Assembly (NCBI RefSeq): GCF_006345805.1
Contig: NC_043003.1
Location: 77,686,001-77,750,000, forward strand
Direction: 5' to 3'
DNA: 64,000 bases
Source of the DNA: Octopus sinensis
Taxonomy: Eukaryota
Part shown: positions 28,351 through 40,700 of the stretch, piece after piece
Position numbering within the stretch: position 1 is the first letter of the stretch
Layout: each line of letters begins with the position of its first letter
The notes under the pieces: generated by a model
Database searches by the model: none
What the model was told of the DNA's origin: nothing
What the model saw: the letters and a program-made list of their open reading frames with translations, nothing else
Made by a program: the position numbers and the translations under genes

Positions 28351-28893
28351 GACGTTTCCATATCTACCTAAATAGAGTCGGTGAATGCTTACACAACTAT
28401 AAGTACCTTTAACATCTTGTCCACAAACGAGGCACTAGAGAAGATAATCCACCAAATAAAATAGACATGAATTAAAAATAGAAATTCCAGCAGACTAATA
28501 GACTGAGATATAGAATACACCACAAATACAACAAATACATCAGAGAACGTACCTAATTAATATACCCTAATGTTATATGAACTAAATGCATAAAAACTAT
28601 CGATCAGACGGATACATAATCAAATATATCATAGAATGGAGTATAAAAAGAATCAGACACGACGTTAAACCTAATGTAATAATATACTACGAAAACACCA
28701 AAACTAATTGTCTCCTTATCAATAGTAAACTACAAGCATGTAAACTCGGAACAAGCTATTAATAACTAATGTAAACTATAAATTTGAGTGAAAAACCGAA
28801 AATTGCAAACTTCAGGACTCCGGCTGTAATATTGGGCACACACACACGCACACACACACACACACACACACACCACACACACACACACACACA

Positions 28894-28926
<33 letters not shown>

Positions 28927-28997
28927 TCACTCACACACATAAACACACATATATATTCATATATATATGTGTGTATGTATATAGATATATACATACA

Positions 28998-29189
28998 GGC
29001 GCAGTAGTGGCTGTGTGTTAAGTAGCTTGCTTACCAACCACATGGTGCTGGGTTCAGTCCCACTGCGTGGCACCTTTGGCGAGTGTCTTCAACTATAGCC
29101 TCGGGCCGACCAAACCTTGTGACCGGATTTGGTAGACGGAAATTGAAAGAAGCCCATGATATATATATATATATATATATATTGTGTAT

Positions 29190-29221
<32 letters not shown>

Positions 29222-29432
29222 TTGTGTGTCTGTGTTTGTCACCCCCACCGCCAACATCGCTTGACAACTGATGTTGGTGTGTTTACGTCCCCGTAACCTA
29301 GCGATTCGGCAAAAGTAACCGATATAATAAGTACTAGGCTTACAAAGAATAAGTCCTGGGGTCGATTTGCTCGACTAAAAGCGGTGCTCCAGCATGACAG
29401 TAGTCAAATATCTGAAACAAGTAAAAGAGTGA
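28998..29432 (+). mobile_element. SINE family C, full length, internal (TA)n(TG)n
   Basis: GGCGCAGTAGTGGCTGTGTG...GGTTCAGTCCC head; tail ends gaaacaagtaaaagagt. Confidence 0.92.
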
Positions 29433-30077
29433 AGAGTATACATACATATGTGTATGAGTGTTTGTGTATGTGTATGTCTACGCGTGCCCGTGTGTGTACA
29501 AATATATGTGCGACTTACCAACTCCAACTCAAAATGTCAATACGAAGCTTTGACAAAAAACACTTGTTTAAGGTACCTACTCGATGGGAGCGTACTCGCC
29601 AACACATGACCGTCGAGAGAATTATTTAACCACGCAGCTATACCTATTACATAAGAACTTACATAAATTAATGTTCTGTCATAACCGTGATAAGATCATT
29701 TCTATAAAATTCCGACAATATTGTAAATACTATTCATTATACTCTCTTTAACTGGTTACGTCTCGTGCTTATAAACTATGATGTGAAATCAACCAAAGAG
29801 ATATCACTAATATTCACAAACCGAATAAATCGCATTAAAAGACTTAAAAGAATCGATTAATGTTTTGTCACCAAAACTACTATTTAATTTCATTTCCAAT
29901 TCATGATATTTGAAGCTAATTTATCAATAAAATATATAAATGAAACCGTCACGAAATACATTCCATACAGGTGTATACATGTAAATGAGCTGTGGCAGTC
30001 ATAATTTTTGTTTACATCTAAATTAAATAGGAAGCACTAACGTGTGTGAGTGTGTGTACGTGTATGTGTGTGTGTAG

Positions 30078-30400
30078 ATGCAGGCATAGGTGAATGGTTG
30101 AGAAGTTGGCGTCGTAACTTCGACGGCCTAGTTTTGATCCCACTGCGCGGCATCTTGGATAATTTGACTTTACCACAGATACAGATCGATCCAAACTTTG
30201 TGAGTGAATTTGAGTAGATGGAAGGCTTGTAGTGGCTCATCGGATAGACTATATCTATAATTCAAAGAGCCAACCTTGCCACAGGCTGATTCTATTTGAG
30301 AAATACTCTAAGAGCATACGTATCTCTGAAATAATTACTCACTTTGCACGCTAGCCAAATAAGCAATTTGAGTTGGTGATGCAACAGTAGGAAGGTGATG
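30078..30400 (+). mobile_element. Old SINE, head C + tail T1
   Basis: C-type head (cccactgcgcggcatcttgg...gtgagtgaatttg) followed by aattcaaagagccaaccttgccac...tttgcacg, similar to tail T1. Confidence 0.5.
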
Positions 30401-30560
30401 GACAGGCCTGTCATATACATTCACGCCAACCAAGCCTATTTGGAAAGGAGGGTGATTTTAGTCGGCCGCCCTGCTGGACAAAAAGCAGTACGTATCAAAG
30501 GGCGGACGAGCCCTGTCGAAACAACGGCCATACAACAGCTAAAACCACACATACACATAT

Positions 30561-30595
<35 letters not shown>

Positions 30596-30744
30596 CACGA
30601 ATGGCCTCTTTCAGTTTCCGCTCACCAATTTACATCACAAGGCTTCAGCGGAAGACACTTGCCCAATATTTCACACGGTTCAAATCTGGAATCGTGTGGT
30701 TGGGAAACAATCATCTTGTCACACAACCACACAACCTGTATATG

Positions 30745-30789
<45 letters not shown>

Positions 30790-31030
30790 GTGCACACACA
30801 TACACACACACTTATATAGTCCAAATTTACAGAAAACAAAAGTTGTAGACAGGTGAGAGCACAACAAGTCAAGGAGGTGTATTAATTTGACGCTCGGGAA
30901 GAATGGAAAAGATTTGAGGGTTTAGAGCCTATGCACTTCGACAGAAAGGGATGAGGGGGCAAATGGAAAGAGAACTAAAGGATGGAAAGAGAGAGAAAAT
31001 GTGTTGGGACTAACGCTTTTCATGATGATA

Positions 31031-31083
<53 letters not shown>

Positions 31084-31094
31084 GTGGTTATCTA

Positions 31095-31651
31095 CTCCTT
31101 ATGCAGAGTCTGAGCACCTCTTGCACTTAAAAGTTAGATCCATCATGGCGTATGATGTGGCTTTTTAAACCAGACAACGTATTGAAAAGACATCCTCATA
31201 GATTGCATATATGATTTGGACCACCAAGAGCTGCAGTTCAGTTCTGATCTTTGTGGATCATAAAATATCTTTTGAGGCCTCCGTTAGATTTGCAGACCTT
31301 ATGGTATACACGGCATTGAAAGCTGTACACAGATATATAGGCAGAATAGTTGGAGCAGGTTCTTTTCATGGGTCCACAAGTGAGATTTGATCCCAGGAAA
31401 AGAAAGGCACGGTCTGTCACAAACTGTGCACACAAAAATGTCACTGAGATTCATCTTTTCGATCGCAACATTCTTCTTTAAATATCTCTTCAGTCTTGCA
31501 TGTATCGTCCTGGCTTCCTCAAAAGCTTTCACTCCACACATCCAACTCGATCCGAAGCAGGGTTTCTATGGCTTTTGGATCCATTCCGAGTGACTTCATG
31601 GTAGTCCTTATGCCGTCATTAAACCTCTTTTTAGGTTTACACCGATTGCGT

Positions 31652-31750
<99 letters not shown>

Positions 31751-32010
31751 CATACATACATACATACTACATACATACATACATACATACATTACATACG
31801 TACGTACATAGATATAAACATATGAAAGTAAATACATACATACATGAATATATATGTTCATACATACATACATACATACATACATACTGTTGTGTGGACG
31901 CCCCCAAACAATGAAGTAGGCTAGCCCAATGCGTAGATATAGAGGGAGAAGCCTAGACGTCAACAGTGGCGACGAGGATTTCGTAGCACACACAACCACT
32001 GTGTAGTATT
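31095..32010 (-). mobile_element. RTE LINE 3' relic with three C2H2-like fingers, split by (GATA)n(CATA)n
   Basis: KPKKRFNDGIRTTMKSLGM; FVCTVCDRPCLSFPGIKSHLWTH; FQCRVYHKVCKSNGGLKRYFMIH; HICNL*GCLFNTLSGLKSHIIRH. Confidence 0.8.
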
Positions 32011-33339
32011 GCGATATAACACATGCATACAGGCATGCATGCATACATGCATGCATGCATACATACATACATACATAAATAGTTACGTACTGGATTATAC
32101 AATATGTAACTATTTTATGCGTTGCTTATGAATACCAATTTTCTGCTACTATCAGTCTCTATCCCATATTGCTAAACATGCCCTCGTGAGCCTAATTCCA
32201 GAGTGGGACTAAATACACATGAGTATGAGTCCATGTATTCATTTGCCTACATGAAAGAAACATTGTCTGCTAAAGCAAAACAACATACTGTTTTTTGTTG
32301 ATAAGAGATATAAGTTTATAGTTTAAATGAAATGTGAATATACATTTTATATCGATGTTCTTGATAACCATCTATACATAAAATTTAAATCCCAATGAGC
32401 TTCTTTATCTTTAATTTTTCTATGACCAATAAATTAAAATACCATTGAAGTTTTTAAACTAAATGAATTACTCTAAGATTATTTTAGTGCATTAAACTTA
32501 CTTTTTTAGTGCATTAAAATTTTTAGTACAGAGTAATGTTTTTGTGTACTAAAATTACTTTGTCTTCAAAAATCTTGTTATCTATCTAAATTTGATCAAT
32601 CTTATTGGTGAGAAAGAATCTGAGTATAAGTGCATTTGGTTCTTTATGCGTCTATGCAATTTTTCCCGGTGTTCGTGCATCTATGTGTTTCTGCCTTAGT
32701 GTGTGTATATGTGTATCTAAATGTGTATGCGTATCTCTGTTTCCTTTTCATTTTTTCTCAGGTTTAATATTATCGGCTGATACTTTATTTTCCAGTACTG
32801 AAATACTGAATTAACTCAAAGCATAAGACAAAGGCAATAAACAACCCACCAAAAAGCAAGAAGTAAGATACGCAGCTGCAGTGTGATAGACTGAAAGTTG
32901 TAAGAGATCCAAGAAAAAAAACGGGAAAAATTTTGTTTACGAATTTGACTAAGTTTGAGTTGCTTCAATATAATCGAAACTGCGATTACATATGAGACAT
33001 TAAACATATTAAAATCTATTCGCAGTGCATTGATAGCCAAAGTAAAAGAAACGTACCGAGCCATTCTTCGGAATTACATGTTGAACTTGTTTCAACATTT
33101 TACGTATAGTTATATCGTAGCATATTCAAGCGAATTGACATCTCTGTAAGGACTGAGAATTAAGCTGAGTGGTTAGAATATCGTATAAAATGTTGAACTG
33201 TATTTGCTCCAGCTCTCTGTATTCTGAGTTCAAATTCCACCAAGATGAACTTTCATTCTTTTGAAATTGGTAAAGTGCCTGTCCAGGGCGCTGGACTGAC
33301 AGAAGTGTTAAAACGTCGGACAAAATGTCACATGCTACC

Positions 33340-33600
33340 TGCTTTGGTGTTTTTGTGTTCAGACGGAAAAGACTGGGGCGAAAGGGACGACAGGGACGAA
33401 ACTGATGCCAAACTGTGCCAGTCTTGTATTTCCCTTGGACAACATCAATAACACGGAGAAGGAATGGCGTGCATACCTGGTCAATTGCTGGTCTGCAACA
33501 GAAAACCTTACCTGGGACTGCTCCTTTCTAGGTCCAGCTCCACAGATCATTAGATTTACAGATGTCCCAAATTCTAATGAGTACATTACTCAATGATGTC
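33340..33600 (+). mobile_element. Old RTE RT fragment
   Basis: Stop-containing frame GQLLVCNRKPYLGLLLSRSSSTDH*I resembles GxxLxVVxxFxYLGSxLSxxxxIDxEI. Confidence 0.42.
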
Positions 33601-33856
33601 ATACCCATGAATGGAGCATTAAAAGATTAAGCTGGAAATAAATATGGAAAAGAAACACCAAAATCACCAACATTATTTTAATTATTTTAACGGCGGATAA
33701 ATTCAATGATATGATGTTCTAATAAAATTTATCATCGAACCATAGACTCCATAGTACTGACCAAAGTATTATGGAGAGAATCACTAAATAGATATACAAT
33801 ATTTTGATATTTTACACTGGTCGGCGTAGAAAAGCTTAGCATATTTTAGAGAATGA

Positions 33857-34264
33857 GGCGCAGGAGTGGCTGTGTGGTAAATAGCTTGCTTACCAACCAC
33901 ATAGTTCCGAGTTCAGTCCCACTGCGTGGCACCTTGGGCAAGTATCTTCTACTATAGCGTCGGGCCGACCAAAGCCTTGTGAGTGGATTTGGTTGACGGA
34001 AACTGAAAGAAGCCTGTCGTATATATGTGTATGTGTATATGTTTCTGTGTCTGTTTTGTCCCCCAACATCGCTTGACACCGATGCTGGTGTGTTTACGTC
34101 CCCGTAACTTAGCGGTTCAGCAAAAGAAACCGATAGAATAAGTACTAGGCTTACAAAGAATAAGTCCTGGGTCGATTTGCTCGACTAAAGGCGGTGCTCC
34201 AGCATGGCCACAGTCAAATGACTGAAACAAGTAAAAGAGTAAAAGAGTAAAGAGTAAAGAGTAA
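33857..34264 (+). mobile_element. SINE family C, full length
   Basis: Head GGCGCAGGAGTGGCTGTGTGG; tail (AAAAGAGT)n. Confidence 0.93.
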
Positions 34265-34373
34265 TGAAAATACTCAGATATGCGATCTGTTTGCAAACCA
34301 GCAGTTAAGTTAATATTAGCGTATTTTATGTAGTGAGCTTTAAAATATTAGTCAGTTCATAACATCAATCTGT

Positions 34374-34620
34374 GGAGGCGCGTGGCTTAGTGGTTAAGGT
34401 GTTGAACTCCTGATCGTAAGGTTGTGGTTTCGATTCCTGGACCGGGCGATGCGTTGTGTTCTTGAGCAAAACACTTCATTTCACGTTGCTCCAGTCCACT
34501 CAGGTGGCAAAAATGAGTAATCCTGCGACGGACCGGCGTCCCGTCCAGGTGGGGAATTTCTATGCCACTGAAACCGGGGAACAGTCCCTTATAAGCTTGG
34601 CATGGCTCGAGAAGGAATAT
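34374..34620 (+). mobile_element. SINE head A + tail T2
   Basis: Collinear with 13049-13295. Confidence 0.9.
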
Positions 34621-35628
34621 AATATTATTCTAACAATTATGTACAATTATATAATAATTCTTTTATATTTTCTCGATTTAGTTATTAAGCTAATTAAAGT
34701 TTCGTTTTCAGGGTTTTTTTACTTGTTTAAATTCCCTCATATATTTGTGTTTTTCCAACGCTAAAACACCAGCAAAACACAGTGAAACTATTTCCTATTC
34801 TATATAGTTCTTAAGGCGGTTCGTTGACAGAATCGTTAGCAGGTCTGACAAAATGCTTACCAACATCTCTTCCGATTCATTACGTCTGAGTTCAAATTTC
34901 GGTACGGTTGATTTTCCTTTTCATCCTTTCGGATCGATGTACCCGACTTATCCGTTCTCCTAAAACTATTGGCCATCTGCCAAAATTTGAAACCATTATA
35001 TATAATTAGTTTTCTTCTCTAATTGATTATCAATTTCTCTTTCAGTTTCTCATAGTCCTTTCTCCTATAAACAAAAGGCCTGAAATTCTTGGAGAGGGAC
35101 TTGTCAATTATATCGGTTTCAAATTTTGGCACAAGGCCAGCAATTTCAGATAGGGCACAAGTCGATTACATGATTACTTTAGTGCTCAACTGACATTTTA
35201 TTGAACCCAAAAGGATGAGAGACATTGTCGACCTCGGCAGAAATTCATTTTCTCATAATATAAATTCTAATATGTTAATAGACATCAGTTACTCTTGTTC
35301 TATTGCTGCCGACGCAAACCCTCACCAATCCCTCGTGATCAGATTACAGCATTCTTAAAATATTCCTCGCTGTATAAACAAACTCAAGTGCGAAGTGGTG
35401 TTAGAGGGTGACGTGTTAATTCTACCAGTCTAGAACAAAAATAGTCACTTTCACAGGCTTCTGCACAATGTTCATCCACCACATTTCCATCACACGAAAT
35501 TGGTCGATCTTAAGTCATAGTTAGAAGACGTTTGTCCAAATATACCGTGGCGCAGCGGAAGTGAACCAAAAGCTACGTAAAACAGCACAGCAATGACGAA
35601 AGACGATGATGACAGCAGCAGCAACAGT

Positions 35629-36035
35629 GGAGGCGCAATGGCCCAATGGTTAGAGCAGCGGACTCGCGGTCGGAAGATCGCGGTTTCGATTCCCAGACCG
35701 GGTGTTGTGTGTGTTTATTGAGCGAAAACACCTAAAGCTCCACGAGGCTCCGGCAGAGGTGGGGTGGCGACTCCTGTTGTACTCTTTCGCTCCAACTTTC
35801 TCTCACTCTTTCTTCCTGTTTCTTGTCCCCGACTTCCTACGGAACCGCTGAGCCTGGATGCGCATTCATCCATCCGTTGATGCTCTCGGTGTCGGGGGTT
35901 GATCTGCTTTCTCGTCTGCGGGTCTTACGAATAGCAAAAACCACGTTTCGGACTTCTCCCATCTTGCGAGCTCTGGGACGAAGACCGTTCGCTCAACAGC
36001 AACAGCAGCAGCAACAAGAGCAACAACAGCAAAAA
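35629..36035 (+). mobile_element. SINE head B + structured tail T3, ending in (CAA/CAG)n
   Basis: Head matches the 11865-12240 copy; tail is unique in the window; cagcagcaaca on both flanks. Confidence 0.85.
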
Positions 36036-36547
36036 CATCAGGCCCTAAGAAATCATTACAGGAACGATGTACCAAGATAAATGACATATTGTATTTAATA
36101 TTTTCTGTCTGCATTCTTAGTCGTAATCTCCCCGGTTTTTGAATTATATCCATTCCTCCGAGAACGCTAAAATGTGGATCAGTAAATATAGAAATTACTA
36201 TAATCAATTATATTCCGATTCCACAAATTTGGATTATTGTATTTATCTAAATATTAAGTATCATATAACGAATGCTAATCATCAGACACTTTAATGGCGC
36301 TGTTTTGTCTTACTCAGTTACTCATTTAGTATAACACTTGTTTCCTTTCCTCGAAACGACTATCTGTTTATCAGCTACATTTCTTTTGGATTATTTCTTG
36401 CCGACCCACAGTGGATTTCTCTGCATCTGGATTTTATCTTAGTTAATTGTTTGGTCTAGCATTTCCATGTTTAGATCTCAAATATCTTTAAATTAATAAT
36501 ACACTATGTTTAGGGTAGTTAACGATGTGTATCTTTCTTGTGAATAG

Positions 36548-36601
36548 CGGTCCTGCATCCAGCACAAATCAATCGATATACTATATATAAACAAATACTC
36601 G
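36548..36601 (+). CDS. Weak candidate 54-nt exon (VLHPAQINRYTIYKQIL or RSCIQHKSIDILYINKYS)
   Basis: gtatctttcttgtgaatag|...TCG|gtaagt. Confidence 0.22.
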
Positions 36602-37112
36602 GTAAGTTCTTGGGAAACTAAGTCAGTAACTTGATATCCGTTGAAAATTAGAAACCTTTTACGTTTATTTACTTCTTTAATTTTTTCTAATGATGTCATT
36701 GGATAAAAACACAAACACTTTTACGTAGACATGTTCTCAGAACTAATTACGTTAGAGTTGATTTCACACGACTTTATCATTAGATCTTGTTCCATTCGTC
36801 AGTCGTTTAGATGTCACCTTATTGGTCGGCATTCCCAACACACTTTCAGATACTTTGCACACACACACATAAAGACAGATACACTCATACGCACACGCAC
36901 ATAGATACATACATATAAATATACACCCCGGCAAACACACGCATATGTAAGGTAAAACTTACTTGGAAAAGGTTGCGTGGCGTACAATCTATAATAATAT
37001 AAATAAATATATATATGATATATATATTATTCATATATATATATATATATATACATTATTGGTGAATTGAAGAAATGGAGCTGAACGCAGATTGACGACC
37101 AGACACGTTTTA

Positions 37113-37200
37113 TTTCATTCACACGTGTTTCGAAAGGCACAAATTACCAAAATCCGATTGAAATAATGGGACCATATTGTGTCTTTCTCTTCAGGAAGAA
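37113..37200 (-). ncRNA. Hammerhead ribozyme motif, left-arm copy (lacks the A of the GTA cleavage triplet)
   Basis: Minus strand CTGAAGAG-aaagacac...gtgccttt-CGAAACACGTGTGAATG. Confidence 0.55.
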
Positions 37201-37939
37201 AAAGGAAATCCGTTGGAAAAAACCAAAAACAGAACAGAGGCGGAGCAAAAAACAAATCGAACTGTGTCCTAAGAGCCCATGGCGAAACTGTTTATCAGTG
37301 TATGTTGAGAACCGGTGGCTGAAGAATTCAACGGGTCAGGCATCGGTCAATCATGTGGGTGAGGGTGTATAGATGTTTTGTGACCGAGAATAAAGTTCTG
37401 ACTATTAAGGAATATTGGATGTTTTATAAGGGGCGAGAAAAAATCTACTTAGAGACGTGTGTGTGTGTATACTGTCTATATATATATATATGTGTGTGTT
37501 GGCGTAGGGGTGGAAAACATTTTTTGTGTACGTGTGTGCGTTTGATCGTTCGGCTGTCAGTGGCTACTGCCGTGATAACCGTTGGGTGGCAGAAAGAAAA
37601 AAAAATAAAAAAAATATATATATATATTATGTTTTATGTGTGTGTGTGTTCATCAAGCCTGCCTTGTCAAGGAAACCCCCCGCTGTGAGAAAACCAAGCC
37701 CCGTTTGTCTTACAGGAGTAATTCCCCTTGCAGTGGTTAATCGTAGATATCTTAAAGGCTATTTCAGAATTTGTTACCAAGGGCTATGGGTGCCGGTATT
37801 ATTTATAAACGCTATTTAAAGGCCAGATAAGTGTAACGCCGCCAATGGGGGCATCGAAACGTCTCGGAACGAATATAGTGACAGGAACGCAGTTCTAATT
37901 TCAGACAGAAACTAATCCTAGCAGATTAAGATTCACGTC

Positions 37940-38240
37940 GGCGAACTCCAAGATCAAAAACGCCGTATACCAATGCAAGGTTGACACGGACTCAGATGCC
38001 TTCACTTATGTAGGGGCATCATCCTCAAGATTGTCTTTGTGTGTCTCCAACCATTACGCAACTTTTCGGGACGTGAACAAGCGCCAGACCACGGGACTCA
38101 GTAAGCTAATATGGCGACTGAAGGATGCGAACTTAAGCTATAGGCTGGAATGGTCAATTTTGTCGGTGGCCCTCCCATTTGATAGGGGCAGAAGACAGTG
38201 CAACCTTTGTGTCTCCGAACTCTTCCATATTTTGTTTGCC
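37940..38240 (+). pseudogene. Penelope-like GIY-YIG endonuclease fragment
   Basis: NAVYQCKVD...FTYVG...SNHYATF...TGLSKLIWRLKD...EWSILS...CNLCVSE. Confidence 0.85.
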
Positions 38241-38919
38241 AGAGGCCGGATGGTAACGGGCTCTTACAGTCGGCTTTTCGATGCCCCCATTGGCGGCGTA
38301 CACTTATCTGGCCTTTAAATAGCGTTTATAAATAATACCGGCACCCATAGCCCTGGTAACAATTCTGAAATAGCCTTTAAGATATCTACGATTAACCACT
38401 GCAAGGGGAATTACTCTGTAAGACAAACGGGGCTTGGTTTTCTCACAGCGGGGGGTTTCCTTGACAAGGCAGGCTTAGATGAACACACACACACATAAAA
38501 CATAATATATAATATTTTTTTTTTTATTTTTTCTTTCCTGCCACCCAACGGTTATCACGGCAGTAGCCACTGACAGCCGAACGATCAAACGCACACACGT
38601 ACACAAAACATGTTTTCCACCCCCTACGCCAACACACACATATATAGAACAGTATACACACACACACGTCTCTAAGTAGATTTTTTCTCGCCCCTTATAA
38701 AACATCAATATTCCTTAAATAGTCAGAACTTATTCTCGGTCACAAAGAAACATCTATACACCCTCACCCACATGATTGACCGATGCCTGACCCGTGAATT
38801 CTTCAGCCACCGGTTCTCAACATACACTGATAAACAGTTTCGCCATGGGCTCTTAGGAGCACAGTTCGAGTTGTTTTTTGCTCCGCTCTGTTCTGTTTTG
38901 GTTTTTCCAACGGATTTTC

Positions 38920-39005
38920 CTTTTCCTGAAGAGAAAGACACAATATGGTCCCATTATTCAATCGGATTTTGGTAATTGTGCCTTTCGAAACACGTGTAGA
39001 ATGAA
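38920..39005 (+). ncRNA. Type I hammerhead ribozyme, PLE-associated
   Basis: CTGAAGA at 38926-38932; stem II gaaagacacaa/ttgtgcctttc; GAAA at 38987-38990; helix III AC-acgt-GT with palindromic loop; GTA cleavage triplet; stem I ttc/gaa; aataaa downstream. Confidence 0.75.
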
Positions 39006-39213
39006 ATAAAACGATTTCTGTTCAATCTGCGTTCAGCTCCATTTCTTCAATTCACCAATAATGTTTTAATTTCAATATCCGCACAACGCACGGTTGCAAC
39101 GCCAGATGTTGTACCTCAACCGTGCTGTTTACTGCTGTGATTTTTGCTACTAAGGTATCGGTTAAACTTTTGATTAATCTACTACAAGATTATTCATCTT
39201 TCTATTTCACATA

Positions 39214-39247
<34 letters not shown>

Positions 39248-39372
39248 TATATATATAATATATTTATATATCTATAACACCACAGGCAAACACATATATG
39301 TGATGGATCAGGTTATATGCGTTAGCTTAATGTTTGAAGCTGAATTAGTGAATTAGGATATATATATATAAT

Positions 39373-39414
<42 letters not shown>

Positions 39415-39429
39415 ATAATATAATGTTTA

Positions 39430-39645
39430 TTCTTTTATTTGTTTCAGTCATTTGACTGCAGCCATTCTAGAGCACCGCCTTGAAGGATTTTAGTCGCACA
39501 AAACGACACCAGGACTTATTTTTTAAGCCACGTACTTATTCTATCGGTCTCCTTTGCCAAACCGCTAGATTACGGGGACGTAAACACATCAACACCAGTT
39601 GCCAAGATGTGATGGGTGATGGATAAATACAGACATACAGACACA
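39430..39645 (-). mobile_element. 3' half of SINE family C
   Basis: ttgtttcagtcatttgactgcagccattctagagcaccgcc on +. Confidence 0.8.
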
Positions 39646-39665
39646 CACACAGTGATATATACATA

Positions 39666-40108
39666 TCTGCTACATATGTGGGCAATTCTGTCTGTGGGTG
39701 TGAACTCCTCCTACATCGTTTCATCGACTTTGATGAAACTTGACACGTGAGTAGAACTCATGTCTAGAAACCTATGGCATGCTCAGACGTTTGAAAACAT
39801 CGATGACAGGGCCCTTGGAATGGATCCTTATATATATCTAATATATTTAATTTTAACAGCCAAGGGAAATAACCCATTCACCCAGATTTTAAGAGCCAAG
39901 AAAAATTACCCATTCATTTTCCTAAATCATTCGGGATAAATCAAATTGAGTATGCTTATTTCTTAGTATTGGAACTGTTAGAGTTATTTTCGCAATTTAC
40001 CCAGTACAACCTTTAAAGAAGCAAATAGTATAGTACTTTCCTAAACAATAGATCTACTTATTTCGGTTAGTGACTTATTCACGAATATGCCAACACTAGC
40101 GACGCTAG
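39666..40108 (+). mobile_element. Non-autonomous Helitron (TC...CTAG, between A and T)
   Basis: Starts a|TCtgctacatatgtggg, ends gacgCTAG|t; collinear with the 5' ~420 bp of the Rep-bearing copy at 57583. Confidence 0.72.
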
Positions 40109-40700
40109 TTGTGTGTGTGTTGTGTGTGTGTGTGTCACTGGCTGTTTCTGTACGTTTGTACGGTCTTCCCTGTTGCTGTCACATTGTGAAGTTATAAAAT
40201 TACGTCAAATTTTTCAAATTTGGTATATTGAAATAATTTTCCTCGTTAAATCCGATTTTGTTATTTATTTGTTCCAGAAAAATTGCACAAAAATGTTACT
40301 GTGATTTAAAGCTTAATCAATTTTACCTCATCAGAAAACAGGATTTGGAAGCTAGCATTTTCTGCATGATAGTTGTCTATCATAAAATGAAAGCAAAATC
40401 ATTACGTGGAGGAATTTGTATTAAATAAATGAAAGCAAAGCATTACGACGACCAAAATTGTAAGAACTTCTGAAGTTTTAATAAGTTTTAACGAAAAAAT
40501 TCATGTGAAATAGTCGAACAGACATGTAAATAATCTAAACAGGAAAAAATCCTCAACGAAGTTTTTTTTGCGAAAAATTGCACAAAGTTGTCCTGATCAT
40601 CAGCTTATCTCTCAGGAAAGGCATGGAATTAAAAAAAATTATATAAGTCATTCTATTGTAAAAATTGCTCGGCAACAAAGAGCTATTCAACTAATATATA

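Larger units (their letters stand above)
37053..39064. mobile_element. Penelope-like element with inverted pseudo-LTR arms (37053-37859 and 38276-39064)
   Basis: Arms are reverse complements over ~800 bp; the 416-bp spacer encodes a GIY-YIG fragment; hammerhead motif near each outer end. Confidence 0.9.

Noticed and set aside
33363-33596. Protein-like + ORF (MPNCASLVFPLDNINNTEKEWRAY...) behind a good acceptor
   Set aside because: An alternative stop-containing frame resembles RTE RT (YLGLLLSRSSSTDH*I), which also explains the raised GC
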